Shown: one piece after another, positions 34,580 through 47,177 of the stretch
Numbering within the stretch: position 1 is the stretch's first letter
Layout: every line of letters starts with the position of its first letter
Assembly: GCA_024704765.1 (NCBI GenBank)
Contig: JAKMXF010000066.1
Coordinates: forward strand, 1,175,883-1,239,882
DNA: 64,000 nt
From: Oopsacas minuta
Taxonomy: Eukaryota; Animalia; Porifera
Direction of reading: 5' to 3'
Made by a program: the position numbers and the translations under genes
The notes under the pieces: generated by a model
The model's database searches: none
What the model was told of the DNA's origin: nothing
The model's input: the letters and a program-made list of their open reading frames with translations, nothing else

Positions 34580-35389
34580 ATGGCATCAAATCATAGAAAT
34601 GATGTAAATAACCAAACAGAAGAAATCACCTCACCAACTAGTGCTAGTATCCTCAAGCTAAATATTGGCGGTCATAAATTCGAAACAACAAAATCAACTC
34701 TCTCAAACGCATCCGTATTTTTCTCCTCACTTCTCTCAGGTCGGTATTTCACACTTAGAGATGAGAACGGTGCTTATTTTATCGATAGAAACGGTGAATA
34801 TTTCGCTCCAATATTATACTATATGCGTACACGTCACTTGATCGTGCCTCCAAGCATGAATATAGAAGCACTACTCCATGAAGCTGAATATTATTTATTA
34901 GAAGATTTGGCCAGTGAATTACGTGAGATTATAAACCCGCCAGAATGCATTGTGCCTAGTGTAATACAAACTAACGGTGCTTACTGCAATAAGACAGACT
35001 CTAAATTGTTTATTTTTGATAATAGAAAAGGTGTTATGCAGTTGCAAACTCGCGAAAATTGTGCGCTTATAAACGGTAAAGCTATGTGGGACCTGGAGGG
35101 TGTACCAAGTATATGGGGAGCGACAGTATCATGCAAGGATATATACGCTAAATTTATACATACACACGTTCGTAAGGGGCAGTATCAAATCGAAGAAAAG
35201 TTCGTGAAAATATTCTTACCTGGAAAGGAACATATTAGCGGTATGGTGACGTCAATCGGTACATTATCATTTGATTCTAAAAATTTGTATATTCTTGATG
35301 GAATGCCTACTCAAGAGAGTTTATTTGAATTTGAAGAGTATATATTTTATCCATTAAAGAGACGTGGTAAAAATGTATATGAAACATGA
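34580..35389 (+). CDS. KCTD-type BTB/POZ (T1 tetramerisation) domain protein, 269 aa, intronless
   Basis: ILKLNIGGHKFETTKSTL..FFSSLLSG..DENGAYFIDRNGEYFAPILYYMRT..LLHEAEYYLL is a classic T1-type BTB domain. Confidence 0.92.
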   Translation: MASNHRNDVNNQTEEITSPTSASILKLNIGGHKFETTKSTLSNASVFFSSLLSGRYFTLRDENGAYFIDRNGEYFAPILYYMRTRHLIVPPSMNIEALLHEAEYYLLEDLASELREIINPPECIVPSVIQTNGAYCNKTDSKLFIFDNRKGVMQLQTRENCALINGKAMWDLEGVPSIWGATVSCKDIYAKFIHTHVRKGQYQIEEKFVKIFLPGKEHISGMVTSIGTLSFDSKNLYILDGMPTQESLFEFEEYIFYPLKRRGKNVYET

Positions 35390-36018
35390 ATAATTATTTG
35401 TTTTGTACTTATATAAATTGCTATATGATTATATTGAAATATTGAATATATATATTTTTGATTTTTTCAGAGGAAGAGTCCCGGTTTTGGTAATTTATCA
35501 TTAATGACTTCTCCCCGGATAATTTTCAATACTTTTTGTCGACCAACTGACCAATTTGTCATTATGTCTACGGTCCTGACTCCACTGTTCGGACCATGGG
35601 AGTTTCGATTAACAGTTGTTCGATTCGCCGAAATTATTTTCATCAACTTTATGAGCTTATCCACTTAAATTAATAATTTTTTCATATATTCCTCGAATAT
35701 TTGAGCAAGCCGGCTAAAATTGGTATAGGGGGCACCAATTTAGCACCAACCCCCTCTCCCATAGATTGTGTTACAAATTTTGAGTTCCTGTGGACCCTCT
35801 GCTGTCGTCCATGGATCACCAAGGTCAATAGGCCCCTGTTTGGGAACTGCTATTATGAATCAATGTATTTTCTAGAATATTCCTTTTCAACCTTGTTTAA
35901 ATGCCCATAAAAGTTTGTGGAAACACTAATATACAATTCTGAAAATCCAATATTTCGAACTCAATTTACTTATCATGAAAATCTATCAAAATACACTAAT
36001 AATATCTCAAAATGTATT

Positions 36019-39000
36019 TCAAAACTTCCATGTTTTGTAGTTAGTTTGCCAAGTAAGAATATCCACCCATTCCGGCATATCATTTCTGAAATCTTTCAAA
36101 ATCTTCGACTCTTCGTTCGTCCATTGATTCCCTACACCGATATCAATATTAACCTTGTCCTTCTCAAAACCCTCGAATTCCAACCAAAATTCATTCAGAC
36201 AAGGGTCGAATCCACATGACAAATGAAAGAAGAATATCAAGGTACCATCGTTTAGAGATATCTGAGTAGGTTCACCTGCAAACGACCAGTTTATCATTTC
36301 CACGCTTTCTCTCATTGCCATAAGCATTACACCTCTATAGTTAATTTGCACTGAAAATCCAATTTTGACTTTTCCACCATATTCAGTGGAATTTATTTTT
36401 TCCAAAACGGGTTCTGGAACATCATTATTCTCATTAATCTTTATGTAATATGTATTTGACAGTTTACTGTATAATGGCGCGAATGTGGTTAACGGACAAT
36501 CTGTGATAACATTTTTTAAGCCATCGCATTCCACAAGTATTGATTCGTCAAGCAAAGTTCTCTTCGTGTTTAATATTGGATTTATATCTAACCAATCGCC
36601 TGGGATTATCCATAAATAATTATCAGGCATACTGCCCTGATTTTCCGTCGATACATAGCTAACAAAAAGTCTTTTCGGCTTAGGACTTCCTGGCTTCATT
36701 GAATAGGGAAAAATAGTTTGAGTAATCGCCAGTAAGAAGAAAATTACCGTTACAAGCGTGGATAGTAAAGTCACCATTTTGAATATACTTTTGTGTATAT
36801 ACATCGTTAATGGGATAAAATAGCTTGTGAGTAATAGCGTAGACATACTTACAAGCCCTGCTATCATTAGTTCAGAAGGAATTCTATTTCCCATTCGACT
36901 TGTTATTGGTATTATGACGTCAATAAACGTAACAGTAGCGTAGATAGACAAACACAATACCAATAAAACGCCTACAGCAGTTAGTGTGTAAGCTTTAATA
37001 ATATTAAATCCTGAATTTAAAGATGGGAAAACGAATTCCCCGATTATTCCACGACTAATGAACGGTCCAGCAATCCAAAGACACGCGAGAAATGAAGTAG
37101 ATTTATCGTGATAACTCAGGAAAATTAACAAACAAATCCATACTAACATTGTGCCGATGAAAAGCTGTTTTTCTCTCTTAACAATTGCCTTCGAATCAGC
37201 TGGACTATTAAAAATATGATAAATAGAAGCACCAGTAAACGCTGGTATAGCATATAATATTATCACAATCCATTGATGACTGAACCAAGACATACAGCCT
37301 CTACCAGACACGGTGAATTCACCAGCAATGCACAACGGTGCCAAACAGCCACACAAATAACTAATAAGCACATGAACAAATCCTTTCACAGATTCCATCA
37401 CCGTCTGATTCAAGATTGTGTAAATTAAAACAATTATCACAAATGCTGTACTAATAAGAGTATTCGATTCTTTTGACACAGAAATCGTGTACAACCCTAA
37501 TACATCAAAATACACTGGAGTACCGTGTATGTTGTCTAACGGTAATTTTAGGCCTTCAGAATTCAGCAATGCTTTTGTTAAAGATAGTGTGTTCAGGCCT
37601 CCTCGTAGTATCGACCCATCTGGTATGTATTCACTCTTATCGTACGTAGTATGGTAAATGTATCCATTGGTACAGTATGCTATATCTAGCCCTGGTATAT
37701 GCGCGAAATCGCGGAATATTTTGTAATCAGTATCAGATGGAATAATCCCACTTTTGAAGACATCATCTGCCAAGCTAGCGCCAAACGGATATGGAACGGA
37801 TTTCACGTATTCCTCAACTATCCATGGGTTATTCGGTCCGGCTTGGAAGAGAATTTCCCTTCCACCCGAACCAGCTGCTTCCAAATTCACAAACCCTTTG
37901 AGATTCTTAACCCAAGGATGTTGTGTCGAAAATCCATGACTTGCTTGCAGAAAAGTTTCTTCAGCTCCGTTAAAAAGCATTATAAGCTCAGTATCAAAAT
38001 CGTATTTTCCACTATCCACTTCACCCACTATAGAATTTAATACTTCTAGCATTATAGCACAAGATACAGCATCATCGCTAGCAGCTGGGCTGTCTAAAGC
38101 ACTATCGTAATGAGCATTTATCAGTAGGCTATGCTTAGTTCTAATTGATTTTTTGTGTACACGAATAACTACACTGCCTACGTTCTTGTAGATATTCACC
38201 CACGGTTTCTTTGTTAGAATGTTGAGGAGGAAATTACCTAAAAATATGAGTATTTAGCCAGTGAATTACGTTATTTAGAATTCCATTTAAATGAATTGCC
38301 ATATATGGACCGTATTTGTTTTTATCGGTTATCTCCCCATCCTTCAATTTTAGGGTGGATATTTACTTATGTTAATTGCCTGCTCCTAAATCCTACCCCA
38401 TACAACTGCTTCGTGATTATATTTCTTGTTACTCACCTCTTAGTAATGTCCTACTTATCCCGATCACATTGGATAACTTCGATTTAAATCGCCAAATTAG
38501 ATAACCTGATACTCAAGTTGCATTCCTGTTCACTATTGAATTTTCATGCATTTCTACTCGTAGTATATCACTTTTCAATACACTATGTTATCTACAAATT
38601 GGCAGTACAAATATATTTCGAAACTTTCGCTAAGAGCTATGCGTACCCGTGACATATAAATTCGAAAGTTTCATAACTCATAATTTAGACCAATTTTATT
38701 AGAATTCCAAACCATTAGCAGTAATATTTGTTACCTAATGTTCATTATCGCTATCTCTTTTAGATATCTGATAACAAACTTCCAATACATTATCATAGCA
38801 GTATTAGCAAACTCAAATTTCGCTCACCTGAATTTCTTGTAACTTCAATTTCATAGGCAAGTTCTTTTGAATTATTCATAATTTGGTTTAGAGCTTGTGT
38901 TAAATACTGCGGCGTTTGCTCCTCATTCGATTTTGAGCCCACTTGCCTTACGCCATAAGATGTGATGTTTTCTAGATAGTACCGAGCTTGTTTGACCGAG

Positions 39001-39191
39001 AAATCGCGATTTTTGCCATCATCAGTAACAGTGGGTAGTTTGAATAGGAAATAATAAACTGTTAGAAATACGGTAACATGATAACCGATTAAAAACAGTA
39101 GGAGAATACAACTCTGCTTTAGTTCATATGGGGATACCATTTCTCTTTTTAGTCTAATTTTTGAATACTTCAGATCAGATTTCTCTCTCAT
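36019..39191 (-). CDS. ERMP1: Endoplasmic reticulum metallopeptidase 1 (M28 family, FXNA), 860 aa
   Basis: Exons 39191-38828 and 38237-36019 (phase-1 GT-AG). M28 ligands NAHYDS, ASDDAVSC, FNGAEE, NLEAAG and YHT are intact and followed by multiple TM helices. Confidence 0.95.
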
Positions 39192-39586
39192 AGACTGAAT
39201 TAATGGTTCATTTTTATATGCAGTTAAAGAAATTTATTCTGTTACAGAATTATTATTATGGAGTTTGTTTATGATAACTGATTTTCCTTATTATGAATTA
39301 TTGCTATATATTTGCAAGAATTCGCGAAAAGTTTTTCTTATGAAAAAGATGAGCTGAACTCCTTGTAAAGTATTCTGATATATTTTCGCGGAATTTAATC
39401 ATAATTATTCTTGTTTATAATCAGCTACTTAATTACGATGTATCAATTAATTGCAGATTTGATTGATTTTTGGAATTCCATCAAGAGTCTAATATGATTT
39501 ATCGGAAGAATACACCTGCATTGAGATATCCGTATACAGATATAGTATTCTAATTATTTAATTATCTTTATAATAGAAAACAATGA

Positions 39587-39738
39587 CAGTGGAACCTCGT
39601 TAATACGAATTACGGGTAAGACAAACATATATTTACCCAAAATCTGGTGCCCACAATGGTTATTCCCATGGAATTACTCCTTATAAGGCGAACACATTTT
39701 TACCGCCCGTTTATCTTCGTAATAACGAATTTCCGCTG
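39587..39738. mobile_element. Tigger/pogo-like MITE, 152 bp
   Basis: TIR CAGTGGAACCTCGTTAATACGAA versus reverse-complemented right end CAGCGGAAATTCGTTATTACGAA (19/23 identical); TA on the right. Confidence 0.7.
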
Positions 39739-42667
39739 TAGATAGAAATTATCGAAGCCTTGTTGTAATGAGTTACTATTGAATGCTGGTCTACGTAATA
39801 TTTAATAATTACAATAATTGCTAAATGTAGTTTCCATAAGCATTTGTAACGATAACTAACATGCACACTGCATACGGCAGCATTTCGCCAAGTAATACTT
39901 TCTTCAATCAGCACGCGTATACCCAAATTTCAAGCTATTCTTCATATACAAGTTATACTCTGTACCTAAAAAGCATGTATGTACAAATCTGTAAGTTCTG
40001 TTTAAGTGTATCGGTAAGATATTCAAATAATGCAATTGATCTGGTTTTGTGAATATAAGCCCATTCGTCTAATATAGAATTAACATTTCTCAATTTCATT
40101 GTCGTATGTGTTGCTATGTTATCGCATCTGTACCGTAACAGCTGATAATTCCTCTCTCACATATGTTTCGACATTCCTATTCCTTGAACTACCGCATTAT
40201 TTACCATTAATTACAATGGGTCATAATACTTCCCTTGTGGGAAATCAAATACTCTAATTGACCGAACTCGAACTTTTCGTTTTTACGATGTTTGATTCTA
40301 GGCACTAAACATCTTATAGCTACTTTGGAAAAAATACATTTTTCGTTGATGCATCGTCGAAATGTTTGTAGTGTTATAAACTGAATTTACATTTTTGTTT
40401 AGAGAATATTATCCTTCCATACTTCCTTAGGGTGTCGAAATTTGAGAGCGAGGGGGAGCGAGCTCATGTAATTTCCCTAGGAAGCAATTCACGCAACGGC
40501 CCTGTATAACCTCACATTAGCATATATTTTACACAGATATACGATTAGGTTACAAACTTTAGTTTCATTAGAATTTCTTTTTAGAAAGGCAAATTATTAA
40601 TTTCCAATTTATTCTTAGTAAAATTGCTCAGTTTTAATTAATATCTTGTAGGCTATGATAATACATAAGTGCTAGTAATATTGCTCTGTGTTTATCGCAA
40701 TAATAATTACCATAAATTTATAATATCAATTCACATCTGTTTATTGAATAGATTTTGTTTACATAGCCGGATTGTGTCAATTTACTTATACACGCTAATG
40801 CTTGTAGTGTACAGCTATAATTATAATATTTATTTTGCACACGAATTAATCAATCTTCTTTGTAAACGGTATTTTGATTACTTTGAAACTTGTGTCGATT
40901 TATACACCCACAAGTATACTTATTTCTCTAAGTTGTCCATCTATAGCATACAGCCATTTTTATTAATAACCCATTTATGTAAATCGAGGCCTCATTTCAG
41001 AGTCTACTATATTTCTAATTGTTTGATATTTGAAGAAATTTCGTTATGTTGCTGCCATAACTCAATTCCTTTCATCTACATGTTGTAATAATGTTCATAT
41101 GATATACTGTAGACTCTCTCACCCTCATCTAACAACTGTTATTAAATTACCATAAACTATATTATTGCGTTTATTGTTTCCAATTGAAATGTGTAAAGAA
41201 TTCCTTTGATTTTATTTTTGTCAAGCCGCATCAATTTTCCAATTTGTTATGTTAGATTGTAATCTATATGGTTTGATGCATTGTAAATTTCGAATTTAAT
41301 CCTTAATATCTTGAATAACTTGTTACCAACTTCAAATCACCTTACCGTCTGTTTCTAATCAAAAACATCTCAAATCACCGCCTGTGCCGACAATAAATTT
41401 ACAAATGAGATACTTGAAATGCGAAATTCGGTTCAGCATAGTTGATTACCCCCCCTATATGTCTGTTGAACCCATGATAACATGTTGAAACCTAATCTCT
41501 AGAATTCTTTTGAATTTACTTAGAAATGTATGGAAATATGATTAATCAGCTAAAAGGTGTGAAAATTTACCATCAGAAATTTCAAATATCAGGTGCACAA
41601 CTAGATGTCACTACGAATATACATGTCGAATTTCGAGTCTTAATCTCCAAAGGTGTGCACAGGAGAGCGAAGACATATACATGTATACCCATCTGCCGAC
41701 TGAGAAAGTCATCCTTAATAGAACTGTGAGTATAGTCCCACAGTAACAATTTGTTAGTATTTCTCCATTTTATCGCTATGAAAGAATGTTTATTTCTTGC
41801 ATTAACACTTTTGCAATATCTGTACGTATTAGCTAATATTTCAAGACGATCCACAAATAATTGCAGGTGGATTATTATCTAGCCAAATTGCTATTTCAAG
41901 TGTTGATGAGGATTTTAATACATCCATGGGAAAAGATTATTTATCAGAATCTATCCTGTAAAATTTGGAAGTAGCTTCGATGGCTACGATGCCGGCTTGC
42001 AAATACTACGTGTTGCCTCCTGGGACCTCTAGGCAACATTTGGAGCTTTAGTAGCTATTCTAACATCATCTATTTACTTCCCCAAATCTTCATTCAATTA
42101 TAATAATACAAAATATAGGTAACTTGGCTAGAAAGAGAACAATACAAATAGTGCTATATCACAAACACCTTTATTTCGCTTAATCGGGTCAAAATGGTCT
42201 AGCCCCTCTGTGACCATATAAAGCGGTACTACTATATGATATTTAGAGATGTTATTTGATAATATTAATCCGTCGTTACCATCAAATTATCCACTACAAG
42301 AACACTGTAATATTAATTATTACACCTGCACTCTGCTTTGTCTAGCTTGTTCCATTAACTCTTCGGCTATAATTATTAAATATGATGGCATCCTAAAGGC
42401 AGTTATTGTGGGCAAGTTTTTGGATTAACTCAGGTGTTTAATTAATCTTCCAAATTCTAAATTACTCTGTTTCTAGTTATTCTGACTGGTACAATCATTT
42501 TTGATTTGATTAATGATTGAGTCAATATTTGTATCAGCTTATACAGGAGGAAATATTGTGACGGAGGACATCTTGTGCAACTTCGGTTTCCAACCTGTTT
42601 TCTACGTAACCTTGCTTTTTGTTTGTATTAATTAAGTTCGGCTAATAAACGTCATCCGTATGGAATA

Positions 42668-42884
42668 CAGTCAATTCATGTTATATTGAAGCTCAAGAGA
42701 CCATAGTACTCCTATGACTTTGACGGTTTGAGACCATATTTGTACAATTTCGGACTTCGATATGAGCGGGTATTCCGGTATATCCGTATTCGTTATGGAA
42801 TCACATTGAATTTAATGAAAATATTTAATATGTGAAAACACTGACAGATCCGTTATGTTCCAGTTACCCAAGTAAAGTCGACCT
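42668..42884. mobile_element. MITE family A, intergenic copy
   Basis: TA|CAGTCAATTCATGTTATATTGAAGCTCAAGAGACC, then the core tttgacggtttgagaccatatttgtacaatttcggacttcgatatgagcggg. The right end is approximate. Confidence 0.7.
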
Positions 42885-45406
42885 TATCTCACAAATATTT
42901 GCAAATTCCTATCCATTTAGCGTACTGATTGGGCCATACAGATTGTAATTGTAAATTTGATTAATTCCTGTTAATTTGTCCGACCATATGATTGGTACTG
43001 GTCATCCAATTATCCAATTATCCAATAAATCTATCATATGTGTATGATAATATAAATCATATACAAAGCTGATTGTAGGTTACATAATACTATCTCCTGA
43101 TAAATCTACAGATCAGCTGTTTGATACGATTAAATTTTGTATGCAAATCTACAAATATACATTGGAGAGTCTTTCGTGTGCTAGTCACTTATCTTCCTGT
43201 TTTGCTTACATAATTTGACACAGTTTAATTAATTTGTATCATATAGTTGTTATTTACATAAGGAGGTTAATGGTAACTAATTTTGACTATCTTCCGAAAA
43301 TATGTGATTTTCATGTTCTCGTTATTTCCTAACCAGATTGGAAAACAATCCAGCGTGCCATCTGCTCCAACCGCACTATATATTCCGTCATCTTGTTAAA
43401 ATGATTCGGTGCAGACTTTTCCTGAAGGCTATTATTAGTAGAATATATAGACTGTTTTTATCAAATACAGTCAACTCTCGTTAGAACATGATTTCCACGC
43501 TATTGCTTTAAATTATTTGAAGCAATATAGGGAAGAAATAATCACGATTACAAAGAAATGAAACCCAAAACACTTCATAATAACTAGAGTTTGATGTCTT
43601 TAATGTTTTTCAACCATTTTACCGGAAAAACTTTTTAATCATATTTTTGGTCCTTGTGGCACTCCATGCTTTCATTTACACACATAGTTTGGGTGATTTT
43701 CACATCTTTTGTTACGATTCTAATATTATAAGTTCAAATCAGCTACGGCAGGCTAGTCAGGAATTACTTATCTCTTACTATAGATATGCCCCATTGCCCT
43801 AATCAATGTTCCTAGTTTCCTTTTCAGGACAGCAGTTTTCAAAATTCAACTGGTAGGCCAGTAAGTAACCGGTAATTTGGGACATGGAAACCATGGAAAA
43901 GTGGTGGAACTTAATTTTACTTCCATTCTGTTTAGATTAACTACCATTTTTGTGGTTTATTTAGTCATTCAATTAATTCTAGCTTTATTGCTCAATAAAT
44001 TTGGTTTATTGATTAGTACAAATGTAGTTCTATTTCAAACCATTTGTTCCGTGATTGGCTTTAATATATTCTCCTATTTACTTATGTAATATTACAAAAG
44101 GAAAAATACCACATTATTAATTACTAATTATTTGTTTGCGTATAATCAGAGCTGATATTTTGTTTATCATAGCCTTTTCAATAATTACCGCAAACTACTA
44201 GCTACCATTCTCGCACTCATTCAATCAATATTACTCCTTTATCAACTAGGCCATTTTGAATCGATTAAGCGGAATTAAGAAGTTGCCCCACTAACCGAAG
44301 CTTAACACTATTTACGTAGTTCTGTATCTGTCCAAATGACCCGATTAACCGGTCTCTTTTTAAACAGAGTACAGTGAATTTCGTCTTTTAGCAAGTCGTA
44401 TTTTTAAAGGAATTATTTCCAATACTAGCCCCTGTAAAAACTTGCTATTAGGTAAATATTGCTAATAAGCGAATACCCCTGTATTACTATAATATACGTT
44501 TAGATTCCAAAACCTGTTTAATGGTAACTTCATCACTGGAACATCAAATATTTATGAAATTCAATACTCATTACTCACATAAATGCTTTTATTAATTATT
44601 TGCTGTTTGCAATTCTCAAACAACAAACATTGTGTCTGAATTCTTTGTACAGCTACACAACAGCTGTAATGTTGTTATACGTACTGGGAAATCTACATTG
44701 TACAAGTTATATATAATCATCATCACCTGGCCTGCATTCATGGTTAAGTCGCGTATTCTATTTTATATTTACATACATATTTTGGTCATTGTGGATGATA
44801 AAATTCCATTCTCTAGTTTACATAAGTTGTATCTGAGCTCTATCTTCCATAGGCTATAGCTTTGTGTTGGTGTGATATGCACGTTCTTCACCCCAATACA
44901 GATGATACAAACATTTCGGTTAACCGAATTCAGTTTAAACTGACCAAGCAAACATATCCCAATTAAATGTAGCCTTATATATTACGTGGGACACTGATTG
45001 TAAGCATTAGCTACTGATCAGCCAAATATACTTTCGTCAACTGATGCTTACTTTTCTGTCTATACGAAATATTATAATCAATTTCCTCCTCCTTCTAGGT
45101 TGATTAGCATAAGCCTCATATGCAAATTTATTCAAATATCATATGCGTATTGCATATTTAGCGTATCTTTATGTAATTGATTAGAAAAGTATTTCTAATA
45201 GATATAGATTGCCTCAGGCTTAAACACGTTTGATAGTGGAATTATTAGAGGACAAATAATGCTGGCGCTGTTGTTACTATTGCATTATAGTTCTCGTCAT
45301 GTTAATTGGCTGTATTTCCTATCTTCATTCTATGTTTACGGTCATAATAGTATATTTACTATACGTATATTCTATGATATAGAACGTAATTCATTTGTAA
45401 TTATTA

Positions 45407-45538
45407 CAGTGGAGTTTCCAATTCCTGCTTCTCGGAGATTGCTTATCACGTACGTACAATCGTACATGTAGGATAAATTCATTTCGCTCCACTACCTTGT
45501 CCGTTGCAGAGGTGTTATCCGTTTCAGAGACTCCACTG
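45407..45538. mobile_element. Tc1/mariner-type MITE, 132 bp
   Basis: TA|CAGTGGAGTTTC ... GAGACTCCACTG|TA: terminal inverted repeat with TA on both sides. Confidence 0.7.
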
Positions 45539-47044
45539 TATTGTTATAATGCGGATTAATCCACAGACATCGTAATTATATATATGCTGTATGTATGTAG
45601 GGGTAGCTTGTCCTACGGAAATAACCAACGCCTCTTCAGAAATTCTTCAGGCACCCAGAATTTTTCCAGTTTCTCCAGAAATATACGAAATTATTGCATT
45701 CTGGCCAAGTTTGTCAATTTTCATGCCTCTGAATTCTATTATCTCTACACAATGGCCATTTGCATACTTATTACTTTATATAATTTGCAATACGAAGCAC
45801 CCTCAATTCAATAGAATTATTCTATAATTCGTATTCGACTGTAATGAACATAAACTCTAGACAGCAAGGCTCTTAAATCGCTGATGTATTATGGTAAGCA
45901 AATTAGCATCATTTGTTGAGAAGTACTATATGGTAATTGGTCAGGGAATATATGTAGGTCTAGAATTGTATAATTGCATCTAATGTAATCATGTGGAGAA
46001 ATGGCGACAGTATTTCTGTCCTTGATTTCATTTGCACATAAACAAAAGATGTAGAATCTATAGCATCATTCATTTACATTGAAAACTCAATGGTTTAACA
46101 TATGACTGATAATGTTATTCTTCGAATTCTAACGTTATGCATGCACTTACTGATTGAGGAATTATCGAATGATGATTTATTTGTACCTAATTACACAAAA
46201 CACGAGTGCAAAATGGAAGTTTTTAAACCAAAAAAATCACTTTTGTAACAATCATTGTGAAAATTTATGTTTCCAACGTCTTTTATGCACATTTTAATGT
46301 TACGATTAAAATTCTAATTTTATCTGAATAAAATCGGTGAACAAGGAATTTTAATTTCTATAAATCTACAATACTTACTGACTCTAATTATTAACAAATT
46401 ATAGCTGAGTAGCTAGAATTATGTGTATAAATCTGTGCTCATAAACTAAGATCTCCCAACCACATGGAATCTCGTTAATTATTGGAAAATGCCTTCTAAT
46501 AATTAATATATATTATATTATTAACATACAGACTATTTCTGTTAAATCACGTAACACACTCTTTTAGCATCCTCCTACATATCTAGACTAATAGGATCCT
46601 TGAGTCTAGTTATATACAAATCTCAAATATCAACCGCATCTGTTACCCTGTACTTCAGATAGATATAATTACATTTACAATATATTGTAGTTTATCATAT
46701 TAAATTAATTAGATCCCTAAAGTTGTGTAGACGTTGCTTTTTTTAGCTCGGGGGATTTGTATAAATGTGTAAGGCACAGATTTCCCTGCTCCCAAATGAT
46801 CACTAATGTGATACTTATTTCCTATTACATTGTCTATGCAGATCAACTGATAGGTCAAATCTGATACACTCCTAATTTCCTGTCTTTAAAGCTCACGGAA
46901 TCTTTGTTATATAACGCTATATGCTTTGGGATATGCTATATGTATGTAACACCATTCCTTTAAGAGAATATGCATTAACCAGCTGCTTCAATATTGCGAG
47001 AGTTCATTCATCGTAATCCTGATTTAAACTGTTCGAACCGGATA

Positions 47045-47177
47045 CAGTGGTGTTCGCCTAATAGCAAGTTATTTTAAGGACTTGATTCCATTTATATTGG
47101 AATACTGTCTCTAATATTAAGTTCGCATATTAGTAAGGGAAATTCGTGCAAAACCCAACTTGCTAGTAGCTCCACTA
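47045..47177. mobile_element. MITE family F
   Basis: TA|CAGTGGTGTTCGCCTAATAGCAAG...; internal aagttcgcatattagtaagggaaattcgtgcaaaa recurs at 61678-61711. Confidence 0.6.

Noticed and set aside
41840-42620. Possible membrane-transporter pseudogene
   Set aside because: The hydrophobic fragments are broken by many stops and carry no identifiable family motif; AT-rich DNA yields such frames by chance.
44632-44859. RTGKST resembling a Walker A motif
   Set aside because: It lacks the upstream Gly of GxxxxGKS/T, the ORF is short and AT-rich, and no NTPase context or splice partners were found.
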